Below are positions 19,888 through 28,156 of a stretch of 61,692 nucleotides of DNA, one piece after another (the stretch's first letter is position 1; every line of letters begins with the position of its first letter). Origin of the DNA: a virus (lineage: Duplodnaviria; Caudoviricetes). Location of the stretch: positions 1-61,692 of the IMG/VR virus record IMGVR_UViG_3300007734_000739. One strand, 5' to 3'. A model generated the notes under the pieces. It was not told where the DNA came from, ran no database searches, and was given only the letters and a program-made list of their open reading frames with translations. The position numbers and the translations under genes were made by a program.

Positions 19888-20175
19888 ATGCGCAGGGCAA
19901 ATCGTGTGGATGCCAATCAGGATCAGATTGTTGAGACTTTACGGGCTTGCGGTGCATATGTACGGGTGGTAACGATGGGGGATGGGGTTCCTGATCTGCT
20001 GGTTGGATACAGGGGATATACGCTGCTGCTGGAAGTTAAGGATGGCAAGAAGCCTCCGTCTGCGAGGGAGTTGACTCCGGCAGAGAAGAAGTTCTTTGAT
20101 GAGTGGACGGGCGGAATGCTGGCAGTGGTGAACAGTGTTGAAGAGGCTTTAGAGATTTTGAAAAAATGTGTATGA
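19888..20175 (+). CDS. VRR-NUC-like nuclease (putative Holliday junction resolvase)
   Basis: RVDANQ...GVPDLLVGY...LLEVKDG...LT...W.G. Confidence 0.75.
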   Translation: MRRANRVDANQDQIVETLRACGAYVRVVTMGDGVPDLLVGYRGYTLLLEVKDGKKPPSARELTPAEKKFFDEWTGGMLAVVNSVEEALEILKKCV

Positions 20176-20228
20176 TTGTGGCGTGGTAAGCAGTTGCCAC
20201 TGTTGATTGGTTTCATGTTGGTTCTCTT

Positions 20229-20257
20229 GTGGGGTCTTGATCGACCCCACTTTTTTT
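20229..20257 (+). terminator. intrinsic terminator
   Basis: GTGGGGTC-ttgatc-GACCCCAC followed by T7. Confidence 0.8.
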
Positions 20258-20368
20258 AAATTTACCGTATACTTGACCCATCATGAATACATCCCTCGAC
20301 CTTGCTCTACCCATAACCTCTGGGTGTATTGTCAGTCTGGCAACCAAACGATATTGATCCCCTTACAT

Positions 20369-20456
20369 GGGGATGCGGCACAGATGGCGAGGTGCGGCAG
20401 ACTGTAAATCTGTTTGCCTTCGGGCAGAGTTGGTTCGAATCCATCCATCCCCACCA
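20369..20456 (+). tRNA. tRNA-Tyr(GTA)
   Basis: acceptor GGGGATG/CATCCCC-A-CCA, anticodon loop CTGTAAA, long variable arm TGCCTTCGGGCA, T-loop TTCGAAT. Confidence 0.9.
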
Positions 20457-20457
20457 T

Positions 20458-20534
20458 GCCCAGTTGGCGAAATTGGCAGACGCAGCGGTCTTAGAAACCG
20501 AAAGCTGAAGGTTCGAGTCCTTCACTGGGCACCA
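20458..20534 (+). tRNA. tRNA-Leu(TAG), short variable loop
   Basis: acceptor GCCCAGT/ACTGGGC-A-CCA, loop CTTAGAA, T-arm GAAGG-TTCGAGT-CCTTC. Confidence 0.9.
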
Positions 20535-20535
20535 C

Positions 20536-20563
20536 TTGACACAGCCTGAAATTTGTGTAAAAT
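20536..20563 (+). promoter_or_regulatory. sigma70-type promoter for rightward replication operon
   Basis: TTGACA-16 nt-TAAAAT. Confidence 0.7.
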
Positions 20564-20600
20564 TATTCGCAGCTAGGACGTGGAACTCCAATGCAATTGA

Positions 20601-20690
20601 GCCGTTAAGTCAAACTCCGACCCCGCATGGGGTGCCATTTCTCCAAAAGAGTGATGGGTTCCACCGGGGTTTGACTTAACGGTTTTTTTT
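20601..20690 (+). ncRNA. C4/CI-like cloverleaf antisense RNA with terminator-like U-tract
   Basis: 19-bp closing stem 20601-20619/20665-20683, two internal hairpins, unpaired GTTCCAC complementary to GTGGAAC (20580) and GTGGAA (20750), T8 tail. Confidence 0.65.
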
Positions 20691-21151
20691 ATTGTTTGTT
20701 TCCATGCGCAGCCGTACTCCATACGATATTAAGCACCTGCATGGGTGGCGTGGAAGAGAACACCGATCCCCAAGGACGTAGATCCGGCGTGATGCACCCG
20801 CGCCCCCTAGTAGCGAAAGCGAACAGGATATACAGACTCCCACTTAAATGGGGAAAAGCCAGTTGATTCAGCAGTGGTAACCATTCCACTAATCACGCAC
20901 AGAAGGCCAGCGAGGTTCTCTGTGACGTAAGTGAATAGGCAGCGGAATAGCTCTCCGATAGCCGACAGTAGGGGAAACCCGAACACGGTAGAGTAGTCTG
21001 GTAAAGGATCCGTGGAGCCGCACTCCTCTGGCAGGCAGGCTTCATGGGTAAGAGTAATCTTACATGGGGATATAACTGGTAGGTGTTTGTCCTACCTGTG
21101 TGGTAGATGAATAATAGTGTATAGTTGTGCAACATTGTGCAAGGAGGCGAT

Positions 21152-21271
21152 ATGTGGGATGTGCTGGTAACGTTGATCCTGATGGGCTTTGGCGCATTCA
21201 TGGTGATTGTTTTGGGTGCTGTGTTTATTGCAGCGCTTTTCTATATGCAGAACGGAGGACGGGATGACTGA
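21152..21271 (+). CDS. small membrane peptide, 39 aa (missing from ORF track)
   Basis: AAGGAGG RBS; MWDVLVTLILMGFGAFMVIVLGAVFIAALFYMQNGGRDD. Confidence 0.7.
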   Translation: MWDVLVTLILMGFGAFMVIVLGAVFIAALFYMQNGGRDD

Positions 21272-21503
21272 GAAAGAAGAAACATTGATGGATGGGTTTG
21301 GCACAGGGCAGTTGCGCTACGTTGCCATCAAGGTCAACGACAAGATGCTTCAGTTCAATGCAGACGATGGTTTTGGAAAATTGTTTACAAACCCGCTGAA
21401 GACTGACAACGGTTTAACTGTTGGCGAGCGCAACAGGGCGGCACTGCATAGACGGTTGGACGCATGGCTTGATGGCACATGGCGGGAGGACAAGGATGAT
21501 TGA
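21264..21503 (+). CDS. hypothetical protein
   Basis: GGAGG RBS, MTEKEE start, overlaps neighbours. Confidence 0.65.
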   Translation: MTEKEETLMDGFGTGQLRYVAIKVNDKMLQFNADDGFGKLFTNPLKTDNGLTVGERNRAALHRRLDAWLDGTWREDKDD

Positions 21504-21735
21504 ACCAACAACACCTGACGAGGATGAAGCATTCAACGAGATTGAGCGCATGAGCAGGGTGAAGCAAGAGCTAATCAGGTGGCAGATGGAGCCAGTCAAA
21601 ACGCAACAGCAAGTCTATGACGAGCTGCGCAACGACATCCTTGAGCAAGTGGCACAGGACATTGAGAAGTTCAAAGGCTTTGGTCAGGACACCATCAGCA
21701 GTTTTGCAATCTACATCAGGGGAATGAAGAAATGA
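21496..21735 (+). CDS. hypothetical protein
   Basis: MIEPTTPDEDEAF..., coupled to neighbours. Confidence 0.65.
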   Translation: MIEPTTPDEDEAFNEIERMSRVKQELIRWQMEPVKTQQQVYDELRNDILEQVAQDIEKFKGFGQDTISSFAIYIRGMKK

Positions 21736-21914
21736 AACTGCGGATTAAACGAATCAAACAATACAGGGTTTGCTTGCAGGGCTGGTTTGAATCTGCTGGC
21801 TTTTTGGCTAGAGAAAAACGCAACAAAGAAAAACGTAGGTTACTGCGTGAGCGATACATGCGCGGTGAATATGTGATTATTGACGGTCAAGCTTGGATGC
21901 AGGAGGACAAATGA
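21732..21914 (+). CDS. hypothetical basic protein
   Basis: ATGA overlaps at both ends. Confidence 0.55.
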   Translation: MKLRIKRIKQYRVCLQGWFESAGFLAREKRNKEKRRLLRERYMRGEYVIIDGQAWMQEDK

Positions 21915-22141
21915 ACAACCCACCAGCATTTCCAAGCAAGCAAAAGGCTCTGATGATTAAGTCCGAGCACATTGGCATTGCCAGCGAATATGAGATTGAG
22001 CACAACGGCATGACCTTGCGGGACTACATGGCGGCTAAGGCTATGCAGGCGCTAATTGACAACGATGGTTTATTTTCAGAGATACCAGCACAGGCTTACG
22101 CATTGGCAGACGCAATGCTTGCCGCAAGGGAGAACAAATGA
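21911..22141 (+). CDS. small phage protein, GMTLRDYFAAKAM-type family
   Basis: PPAFP...GMTLRDYMAAKAMQ...ADAMLAAR. Confidence 0.75.
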   Translation: MNNPPAFPSKQKALMIKSEHIGIASEYEIEHNGMTLRDYMAAKAMQALIDNDGLFSEIPAQAYALADAMLAARENK

Positions 22142-22359
22142 GTTTCAGAGATTCAATGAGCAAATTTATTCGTGAAGTCACAAGGTCAAAGACCATCCAC
22201 GAAACCATAGCCAAGGAACTGCGGGAGGCGCACTTGAAGAAACTTGAAGCCGAGTCAGGTGTTGAGTATGCCCAGTCAGTTGTCTTGTACAACGAGCAAC
22301 GCATTGCACGACTGACCGCACGGTTGACGCAACACACAGAAGAAGGGTACTACACATGA
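22138..22359 (+). CDS. hypothetical coiled-coil protein
   Basis: ATGA overlaps, GGAG RBS. Confidence 0.65.
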   Translation: MSFRDSMSKFIREVTRSKTIHETIAKELREAHLKKLEAESGVEYAQSVVLYNEQRIARLTARLTQHTEEGYYT

Positions 22360-22556
22360 ATGCAAAAAAACTGCAATGTTTAACCACCGCATCTTGGTTG
22401 CGGGGGTATGCGGGTTCGTTGGATGAGTTTAAACATTCGTCACTTATTCACAAGCTAAATCAAGCGTCCGATTTGTTGGCAGAAACATGGGATGAATACG
22501 CCAAGGCAAACGGATATGAAGACATCAAAGTACCTGTATTGGAGAAGCAACCATGA
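22356..22556 (+). CDS. hypothetical protein
   Basis: ATGA overlap. Confidence 0.6.
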   Translation: MNAKKLQCLTTASWLRGYAGSLDEFKHSSLIHKLNQASDLLAETWDEYAKANGYEDIKVPVLEKQP

Positions 22557-22638
22557 GACAAATTTACATCTGCGTCCGATGCAAACGCCATATTTTGACA
22601 ATCATTACACGATGCCCTCATTGTGGAGGTAATCCGCA

Positions 22639-22911
22639 ATGACAAAAGATGAAGCATTGAAGCTGGCGCTTGAGGCGTTGGAAACAGAGTTGTCTATTGA
22701 TTGGACAAACAATGATGAGTTCAACGCATCAGCGGAAAAAATGCACGAAGCCATCACCGCCATCAAAGCAGCCTTGGCACAGTCAGTCGTATGGGTAGGG
22801 CTGACGGATGAGGAAAAATCAGAACTGTGGGAATTTAGTCGTGCGGCATTGCCCAGATATGCAACATATGCAAGCCTAATTGAAGCCAAACTCAAGGAGA
22901 AGAACACATGA
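22639..22911 (+). CDS. modular small protein 1 (MTKDEALKLALE...WVGLT...IEAKLKEKNT)
   Basis: shares terminal blocks with the next two ORFs. Confidence 0.7.
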   Translation: MTKDEALKLALEALETELSIDWTNNDEFNASAEKMHEAITAIKAALAQSVVWVGLTDEEKSELWEFSRAALPRYATYASLIEAKLKEKNT

Positions 22912-23282
22912 CAAAAGATGAAGCATTGAAGCTGGCGCTTGAATTTATTGAGAATTCGGAGTGTGGAACCGCAGACCTTGAAGCTCGTATCAAAGAAGCC
23001 TTGGCACAGCCAGAGCAGAAGCCTATGGCGTGGAAACTTCCTGACAAGAATGTGGTGTTTTGGGAGGACACAAAAGAGGTGGACGAATATCATGGGTTTG
23101 AACCAACTATTCCTCTTTACCCACACCCACAGCGCACATGGGTAGGGCTGACGAGAGCAGAGCGTTTTGAAATTGAAAAGGCCATGTCGAAGTATTACGA
23201 CTACCAACACGAGTGCAAAACTGTTTGCTTGCCTGAATTTGCCGCCGCTATTGAAGCCAAACTCAAGGAGAAGAACACATGA
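22908..23282 (+). CDS. modular small protein 2
   Basis: first 35 nt identical to 22639; last 33 nt identical to 22879-22911. Confidence 0.7.
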   Translation: MTKDEALKLALEFIENSECGTADLEARIKEALAQPEQKPMAWKLPDKNVVFWEDTKEVDEYHGFEPTIPLYPHPQRTWVGLTRAERFEIEKAMSKYYDYQHECKTVCLPEFAAAIEAKLKEKNT

Positions 23283-23680
23283 ACAGAACCACTTGCCCCA
23301 ATGGAATGGTTGATACTTGTTGTGAAAATTATGACCACTGTTCCCTTAGTTATTACGACAAAGATGCTGAAATCAAACGCCTCAACGAAAAGATTGAATT
23401 CCTTGCCAGAGCCAATATGCTGTACAGCGATTGGGAGCATCGTGAGACTCAGGTTACAAGCGAGTTAATCCGCAAAGGCATTGAGGAACACAAAATCAAT
23501 GCCGAGCTACGAGCAGAGATTAAACAGCTTAAACAACGCACATGGGTGGGGTTGACGGATGAGGAGATTGATGCAGTGACAGACTCGCAATGGGCAAAAG
23601 GTGTCAACAAGCCAATCTATGCAGCGCATCGTGCTTATGCCCGAGCCATTGAAGCCAAGTTAAAGGAACGCAACACATGA
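23279..23680 (+). CDS. modular small protein 3
   Basis: RTWVGLTDEE...IEAKLKERNT tail, different Cys-rich N-terminus. Confidence 0.7.
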   Translation: MNRTTCPNGMVDTCCENYDHCSLSYYDKDAEIKRLNEKIEFLARANMLYSDWEHRETQVTSELIRKGIEEHKINAELRAEIKQLKQRTWVGLTDEEIDAVTDSQWAKGVNKPIYAAHRAYARAIEAKLKERNT

Positions 23681-23889
23681 TTGATCGACTGATCCTAAGC
23701 GCAGTGCTAGGTACAGCGGGATGGAATGGTCTGTTCCCTGACCCACCGCCACCGCCGACACCGCTGACATTAAAAGCCAAAGCCAAAGAGCGCAGCCTAA
23801 GTCAGGTGTGTTCTCGAAAGGGACACAAGAAGCAAAGTGAAACAGTTAAACGTATATGTAGAGAATGGAAGGAGCAACAACGTGCTTGA
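23677..23889 (+). CDS. hypothetical protein, possibly exported
   Basis: hydrophobic N-terminus, Pro tract, Cys pair. Confidence 0.6.
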   Translation: MIDRLILSAVLGTAGWNGLFPDPPPPPTPLTLKAKAKERSLSQVCSRKGHKKQSETVKRICREWKEQQRA

Positions 23890-24049
23890 AGCAATCAGAA
23901 CATTTTTTGGTAGATCGCGTGGTTCGCATGGTGATCGCAGGACTGTTGTGCAAGAAGGACTTGTCTGGCGATGCAACAACTGCTATCTTATTTTTTTAAC
24001 TAAATCGGCTGGAGAAAATCACAAATGCCAAGACCCAAGACTGAGTTGA
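23882..24049 (+). CDS. small C2H2-like Zn-finger protein
   Basis: WRCNNC...F.TK...H.C; GTG start after AAGGAG. Confidence 0.55.
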   Translation: MLEAIRTFFGRSRGSHGDRRTVVQEGLVWRCNNCYLIFLTKSAGENHKCQDPRLS

Positions 24050-24186
24050 CTAGTAATCCAAAAATTGTTGGGGCAAGGCTGACACAAGAATTGTTTAAAG
24101 AATGGAGAAAACTTGGAGGGGCAGTATGGTTGAGAAAATTTTTGATGGAGAGTAGGAGGCAAAGAGATGCAACAGAATCTAAATAA
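24025..24186 (+). CDS. small DNA-binding-like protein, 53 aa (missing from ORF track)
   Basis: GGAG RBS; MPRPKTELT...GARLT...LGGAVWLR. Confidence 0.6.
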   Translation: MPRPKTELTSNPKIVGARLTQELFKEWRKLGGAVWLRKFLMESRRQRDATESK

Positions 24187-24337
24187 ACTGAGGCTGTCTT
24201 TCGAAGGATGGATGGCAGCAAAGGGGCGATCCGAGCAGCTCAAATGGATCGGTAACAAGTATGAACATCCACGAATTCAGTCTCAATGGACTGCGTTTGT
24301 GATGGGATGGACGATGTGTAATAACCAAAAAGGATAA
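24167..24337 (+). CDS. hypothetical protein, 56 aa (missing from ORF track)
   Basis: GGAGG RBS; stops 2 nt before parB. Confidence 0.6.
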   Translation: MQQNLNKLRLSFEGWMAAKGRSEQLKWIGNKYEHPRIQSQWTAFVMGWTMCNNQKG

Positions 24338-24339
24338 AA

Positions 24340-25134
24340 ATGTTAAACATAGAAGCAATCAGAATCGACAAAGGAACACAATCTCGCGTAGCTATCAGCC
24401 AAGAAACTGTGGATGATTACGCAAGGCAGATGGACGATGGGGCTAGGTTTCCACCAGTCATTGTCTTTCACGATGGTGTTGAGTATTATTTGGCAGATGG
24501 TTTCCACCGCTACTTTGCCAACCGCAAGCTCAAGCGGGATGGTATTGAGGCTGACATCCTAAAGGGGACGCTGCGCGAAGCCATCCTGTACAGCCTGAAA
24601 GCCAATAAATTACACGGACTGCGCCCAAGCAACGAAGACAAGCGCAATTCAGTCATCAAAATGCTGAACGACCACGAATGGAGGGAGTGGGCAGACCGAG
24701 AAATAGCCCGTCATTGTGGTGTTTCCCATGTTTTTGTAGCAAAAATGCGCAAAGAAGTGGCTGGTGGACAGGCGCAAGATACTCGTAAATTCAAGACCAA
24801 AGCTGGTAACGTTTCCACCTTTACCAACCGACCCGTCCAAGAACCCGAACCTGAAGCCCCAGCCTACGATGAAAAGCAAGAGATGCTGGAAGCGTTGATT
24901 GCCGAGAATGAAAAGCTGTCTGAGCAGCTTGCCATCGCCACGATTGACGGCACCAATGAAGAAAAAGACCTTGCCCAAACCCTGATTTCCGACCAGAAGG
25001 AAGAGATTCGCTTGCTCAAAATTGAATTGGTTGCTGTCAAAAAGAGCAGAGATATGTTCCAAGCGGAGAATGCCCAGCTCAAAAAGCAAGTAGCCATGCT
25101 GCAAAAGAAACTGAAGGCGCACGAAGATGCTTGA
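24340..25134 (+). CDS. parB: ParB/Srx N-terminal domain + HTH + coiled-coil protein
   Basis: TQSR...FPPVIV...LADGFHR (ParB box-like), ANKLHGL, HTH DREIARHCGVSHVFVAKMR, C-terminal coiled coil. Confidence 0.85.
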   Translation: MLNIEAIRIDKGTQSRVAISQETVDDYARQMDDGARFPPVIVFHDGVEYYLADGFHRYFANRKLKRDGIEADILKGTLREAILYSLKANKLHGLRPSNEDKRNSVIKMLNDHEWREWADREIARHCGVSHVFVAKMRKEVAGGQAQDTRKFKTKAGNVSTFTNRPVQEPEPEAPAYDEKQEMLEALIAENEKLSEQLAIATIDGTNEEKDLAQTLISDQKEEIRLLKIELVAVKKSRDMFQAENAQLKKQVAMLQKKLKAHEDA

Positions 25135-26599
25135 GCTGCGCGGCTATCAGAACGATACCTTGGAAGCTCTGCGTCTAGGTTTTGCTCAAGGCAGACAGGC
25201 GCAGATTCTTTACGCCCCAACAGGCGCTGGCAAAACAGAAATGGCTATTGCCTTGTTGGAAGCCACTCGCAAGAAGGGCAACAGGGCAGCGATGCTGCTT
25301 GACCGGATCATCCTTTGCGACCAGACCAGCCAACGGCTTGAGAAGTATTCCATCGACCACGGGGTAATGCAGTCAGGTCATTGGAGATACAGACCGCATG
25401 AACGCATCCAAGTTTGCTCTGCTCAAACGCTGGAAAGGAAGGGTGAATTCCCCGGCCTAAACCTACTGATCGTTGACGAAGCACATCAGACACGGCAGCA
25501 GACGATGGAGTTCATCAAGAACAATCCTGACATCAAGGTCATCGGGCTGACCGCTACACCTTTCACCAAAGGGCTGGGCAAGACATACACCAATGTCGTG
25601 TCCACAGTCACCACCAAGCAGCTTGTGGATCAGAATGTTCTTGTTCCCCTCAAAGTCTTTATCTCAAAAGAGATTGACATGACAGGGGCAAAGAAGGTTG
25701 CTGGTGAATGGAGTCAGATCGAAGCCACCACAAGGGGCATGAAGATCACTGGCGACATCGTTGCCGAGTGGGTAAAGAAAACCCATGAGATATTTGGCAA
25801 GCCGGTCAAGACCATCGTGTTCTGTTCAGGTGTAAACCACGGCGCAGATTTGGCGCGGAAGTTTGCTGAACAGGGATACAACTTTATTTCCGTCAGCTAT
25901 CGGGATGATGAAACCTTCAAGCGAGATGTGATTGAAGACTTTGCCAAGCCTGACACAGCGATTCATGGACTGATAGCCACCGACATCCTGACCAAAGGTT
26001 TTGATGTACCTGACGTAATGATCGGGGTATCGGCAAGACCATTCAGCAAGTCCTTGTCCTCCCATATCCAGCAGATGGGGCGCATCATGCGCGGCTGCGA
26101 GGGCAAAGAGTTTGCGGTTTGGCTGGATCATTCAGGCAATTACCTGAGATTCAGGTCAGATTGGGAAGATATTTTTGAGAATGGTGTGGATAAGCTGGAC
26201 GATGGCAAAGAAAAAGCCAAGCGTGAACCCACAGAACGAGAAAAGGAGGCGGCAAAGTGTCCAGTTTGTGAATCCTTGTGGCCTTCTAACTCAGATGCGT
26301 GTAGTAACTGCGGTCATGTGCGCGAAAGAAAGAACAAAGTCATTGAATTGCCGGGGGAGTTGAAGGAACTCAAAGGCACCATGTCCAAAGCTGACAAGCA
26401 AGAGTGGTGGTCAATGCTGCAATGGTATGTCCAAGTACAGGGCTGGTCGGCTGGACGGGCAGCTCATGTGTACAAAGATAAGTTTGGAGTATGGCCTCGC
26501 GGTTTGGTTGACCGAGCCATCCCACCCAGCGCAGAAGTGGTTAGGTTCATCGACAAAGGCATCAAAGCCTACATTCGGCAGATCAGAAGGGGAAGGTAA
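25127..26599 (+). CDS. superfamily 2 DEAH helicase with Zn ribbon
   Basis: LRGYQ, APTGAGKT, DEAH, LTATP, GFDVP, QQMGRIMR, CPVC...CSNCG. Confidence 0.92.
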   Translation: MLELRGYQNDTLEALRLGFAQGRQAQILYAPTGAGKTEMAIALLEATRKKGNRAAMLLDRIILCDQTSQRLEKYSIDHGVMQSGHWRYRPHERIQVCSAQTLERKGEFPGLNLLIVDEAHQTRQQTMEFIKNNPDIKVIGLTATPFTKGLGKTYTNVVSTVTTKQLVDQNVLVPLKVFISKEIDMTGAKKVAGEWSQIEATTRGMKITGDIVAEWVKKTHEIFGKPVKTIVFCSGVNHGADLARKFAEQGYNFISVSYRDDETFKRDVIEDFAKPDTAIHGLIATDILTKGFDVPDVMIGVSARPFSKSLSSHIQQMGRIMRGCEGKEFAVWLDHSGNYLRFRSDWEDIFENGVDKLDDGKEKAKREPTEREKEAAKCPVCESLWPSNSDACSNCGHVRERKNKVIELPGELKELKGTMSKADKQEWWSMLQWYVQVQGWSAGRAAHVYKDKFGVWPRGLVDRAIPPSAEVVRFIDKGIKAYIRQIRRGR

Positions 26600-27408
26600 T
26601 GGAGTTGGTAGATTTTTGTCGGGCGCATGGAATCATCATAGATGCGCCACCACCAATTGGATACTGGAAACGTTACCACACAGTTGACCACCCAAAGAAG
26701 ATGAATGGGGCTGTCAAGTTCATGGGCGACCATGCCTTTGTGCAAAACCATGCGACTGATACAGAGGTGTCCATATGGAAGCCTGACTCAATCAATGAGA
26801 GCAAGCGCAGAGACTATGTTCTGCTGGCGCAAAAAGCCGAGCAGGAAAAGATTCGGATGCAGGAAAAGGCGGCAGCCAAGGCAACGGAACTGCTCAAAGC
26901 ATCGGTCTTAGCCAAGCATCCATACCTGAAAGCGAAAGGATTTCCGGACGAACAAGGCTGGGTTAACGAAGACAAGCTCATCATTCCTGTTCGCGTGGAA
27001 GGTGAACTGGTCGGATGCCAAATCATAGATGAGACAGGGACAAAGAAGTTTCTGTATGGTCAAAGAACATCGGGCGCATCGTTTGACTTTGACAATAAGG
27101 GAAAACATTATCATTGCGAAGGCTATGCAACTGGTCTGTCATTGCGCCATGCCTTGCGAAGTTTGAAGCGTAACTATGTGATTCATGTATGTTTTTCTGC
27201 CCACAATTTGCTGAAGCTGGCGCAAAAATTCGGAGGGTATGTTATTGCTGACAACGATGAAAGCGGTACAGGCGAGAGGATTGCGAAGCAAACAGGGCTA
27301 CCATATTGGATGAGTGATGTAGTCGGAGAAGATGCCAACGATGCCCATCAGCGGCTCGGTCTGTTCAAGTTCACACAAAGCCTGACCCAATCATTGCCGA
27401 TACGATGA
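26599..27408 (+). CDS. TOPRIM-domain primase-like protein
   Basis: HPYLKAKG, CEGYATGLS, IADND...GE, DAND. Confidence 0.82.
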   Translation: MELVDFCRAHGIIIDAPPPIGYWKRYHTVDHPKKMNGAVKFMGDHAFVQNHATDTEVSIWKPDSINESKRRDYVLLAQKAEQEKIRMQEKAAAKATELLKASVLAKHPYLKAKGFPDEQGWVNEDKLIIPVRVEGELVGCQIIDETGTKKFLYGQRTSGASFDFDNKGKHYHCEGYATGLSLRHALRSLKRNYVIHVCFSAHNLLKLAQKFGGYVIADNDESGTGERIAKQTGLPYWMSDVVGEDANDAHQRLGLFKFTQSLTQSLPIR

Positions 27409-27597
27409 CATGGTAACTTTTTCAACATACAAGTTATCAGACAGTTTTTCTAACATCATCAGACCCTCTAGGATTTCCATGCCTAAATGGAAACTTTGTT
27501 CACCCTGACCTATGTATTCGGTTCGGACTGTCACAACACCCTGATCGTCCTCCATCAGGAACAGGGCAAACAAAGTCTTGGCTGGCTTTTGTTTCAT
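27391..27597 (-). CDS. hypothetical protein
   Basis: last ORF of leftward early arm. Confidence 0.6.
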   Translation of the reverse strand: MKQKPAKTLFALFLMEDDQGVVTVRTEYIGQGEQSFHLGMEILEGLMMLEKLSDNLYVEKVTMSSYRQ

Positions 27598-27782
27598 CGA
27601 CCTAGCTCAATTTCCATTTTGATGTACTCCTTGTATGTGTCCAAAATAATTTTTTCGGTATCCTCGTCAAAAAACTGTGCGGCTACATCGCCATCCGCAT
27701 GATCCAGTTGTCTCAGGATAAAACTTACCCCAGCAGTCAGGGCGCACTCGGCAAGATTTTTTATTTCGTACTCGGTCATCAT
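27594..27782 (-). CDS. hypothetical protein
   Basis: ATGA-type overlaps. Confidence 0.6.
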   Translation of the reverse strand: MMTEYEIKNLAECALTAGVSFILRQLDHADGDVAAQFFDEDTEKIILDTYKEYIKMEIELGR

Positions 27783-27961
27783 AACCCCTCTGCTATTTCT
27801 GCGGCGGCGGCTTTGGCGGCTTGCACTTGTTCTTTCGTCATGCCTTGCGCGATCATTATTGCCAACGCTAGAGCCAAGTTGCTTTTGTCCTCAGTCTTGG
27901 CGGTCAATCCAAGGATCAAGGCTTGGGTAAGGGCTTGTGTTCGGCTGATAGTTTCGGTCAT
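27779..27961 (-). CDS. hypothetical protein
   Basis: GAGGT RBS, coupled. Confidence 0.6.
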   Translation of the reverse strand: MTETISRTQALTQALILGLTAKTEDKSNLALALAIMIAQGMTKEQVQAAKAAAAEIAEGL

Positions 27962-28146
27962 GCTGCCACCTCTTTCATCTCATCCACCTGTAAAACGAAT
28001 TCTTCGGCATGGACTACTTTGAAATCTTCATCCCCAATAAATTCATCTCTTGCTACTTGCCTCGCGTGTTCCTCGTCATCCGCATGGACTTCTAAAAAAT
28101 AAACCTGATGCTCAATCCGAGCATATTGAACTTTGTATTTGGGCAT
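27958..28146 (-). CDS. hypothetical protein
   Basis: AAGGAG RBS; EVHADDEEHAR motif. Confidence 0.65.
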   Translation of the reverse strand: MPKYKVQYARIEHQVYFLEVHADDEEHARQVARDEFIGDEDFKVVHAEEFVLQVDEMKEVAA

Positions 28147-28156
28147 GGTGTTCTCC

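Noticed and set aside
20458-20534. Amber suppressor tRNA or genetic-code reassignment
   Set aside because: Anticodon TAG reads CUA (Leu); a suppressor would have CTA, and TAG ends long genes normally here
20362-21071. 13-bp direct repeat CTTACATGGGGAT as att or mobile-element boundary
   Set aside because: Short, overlaps the tRNA 5' end instead of the 3' end, and no integrase is present
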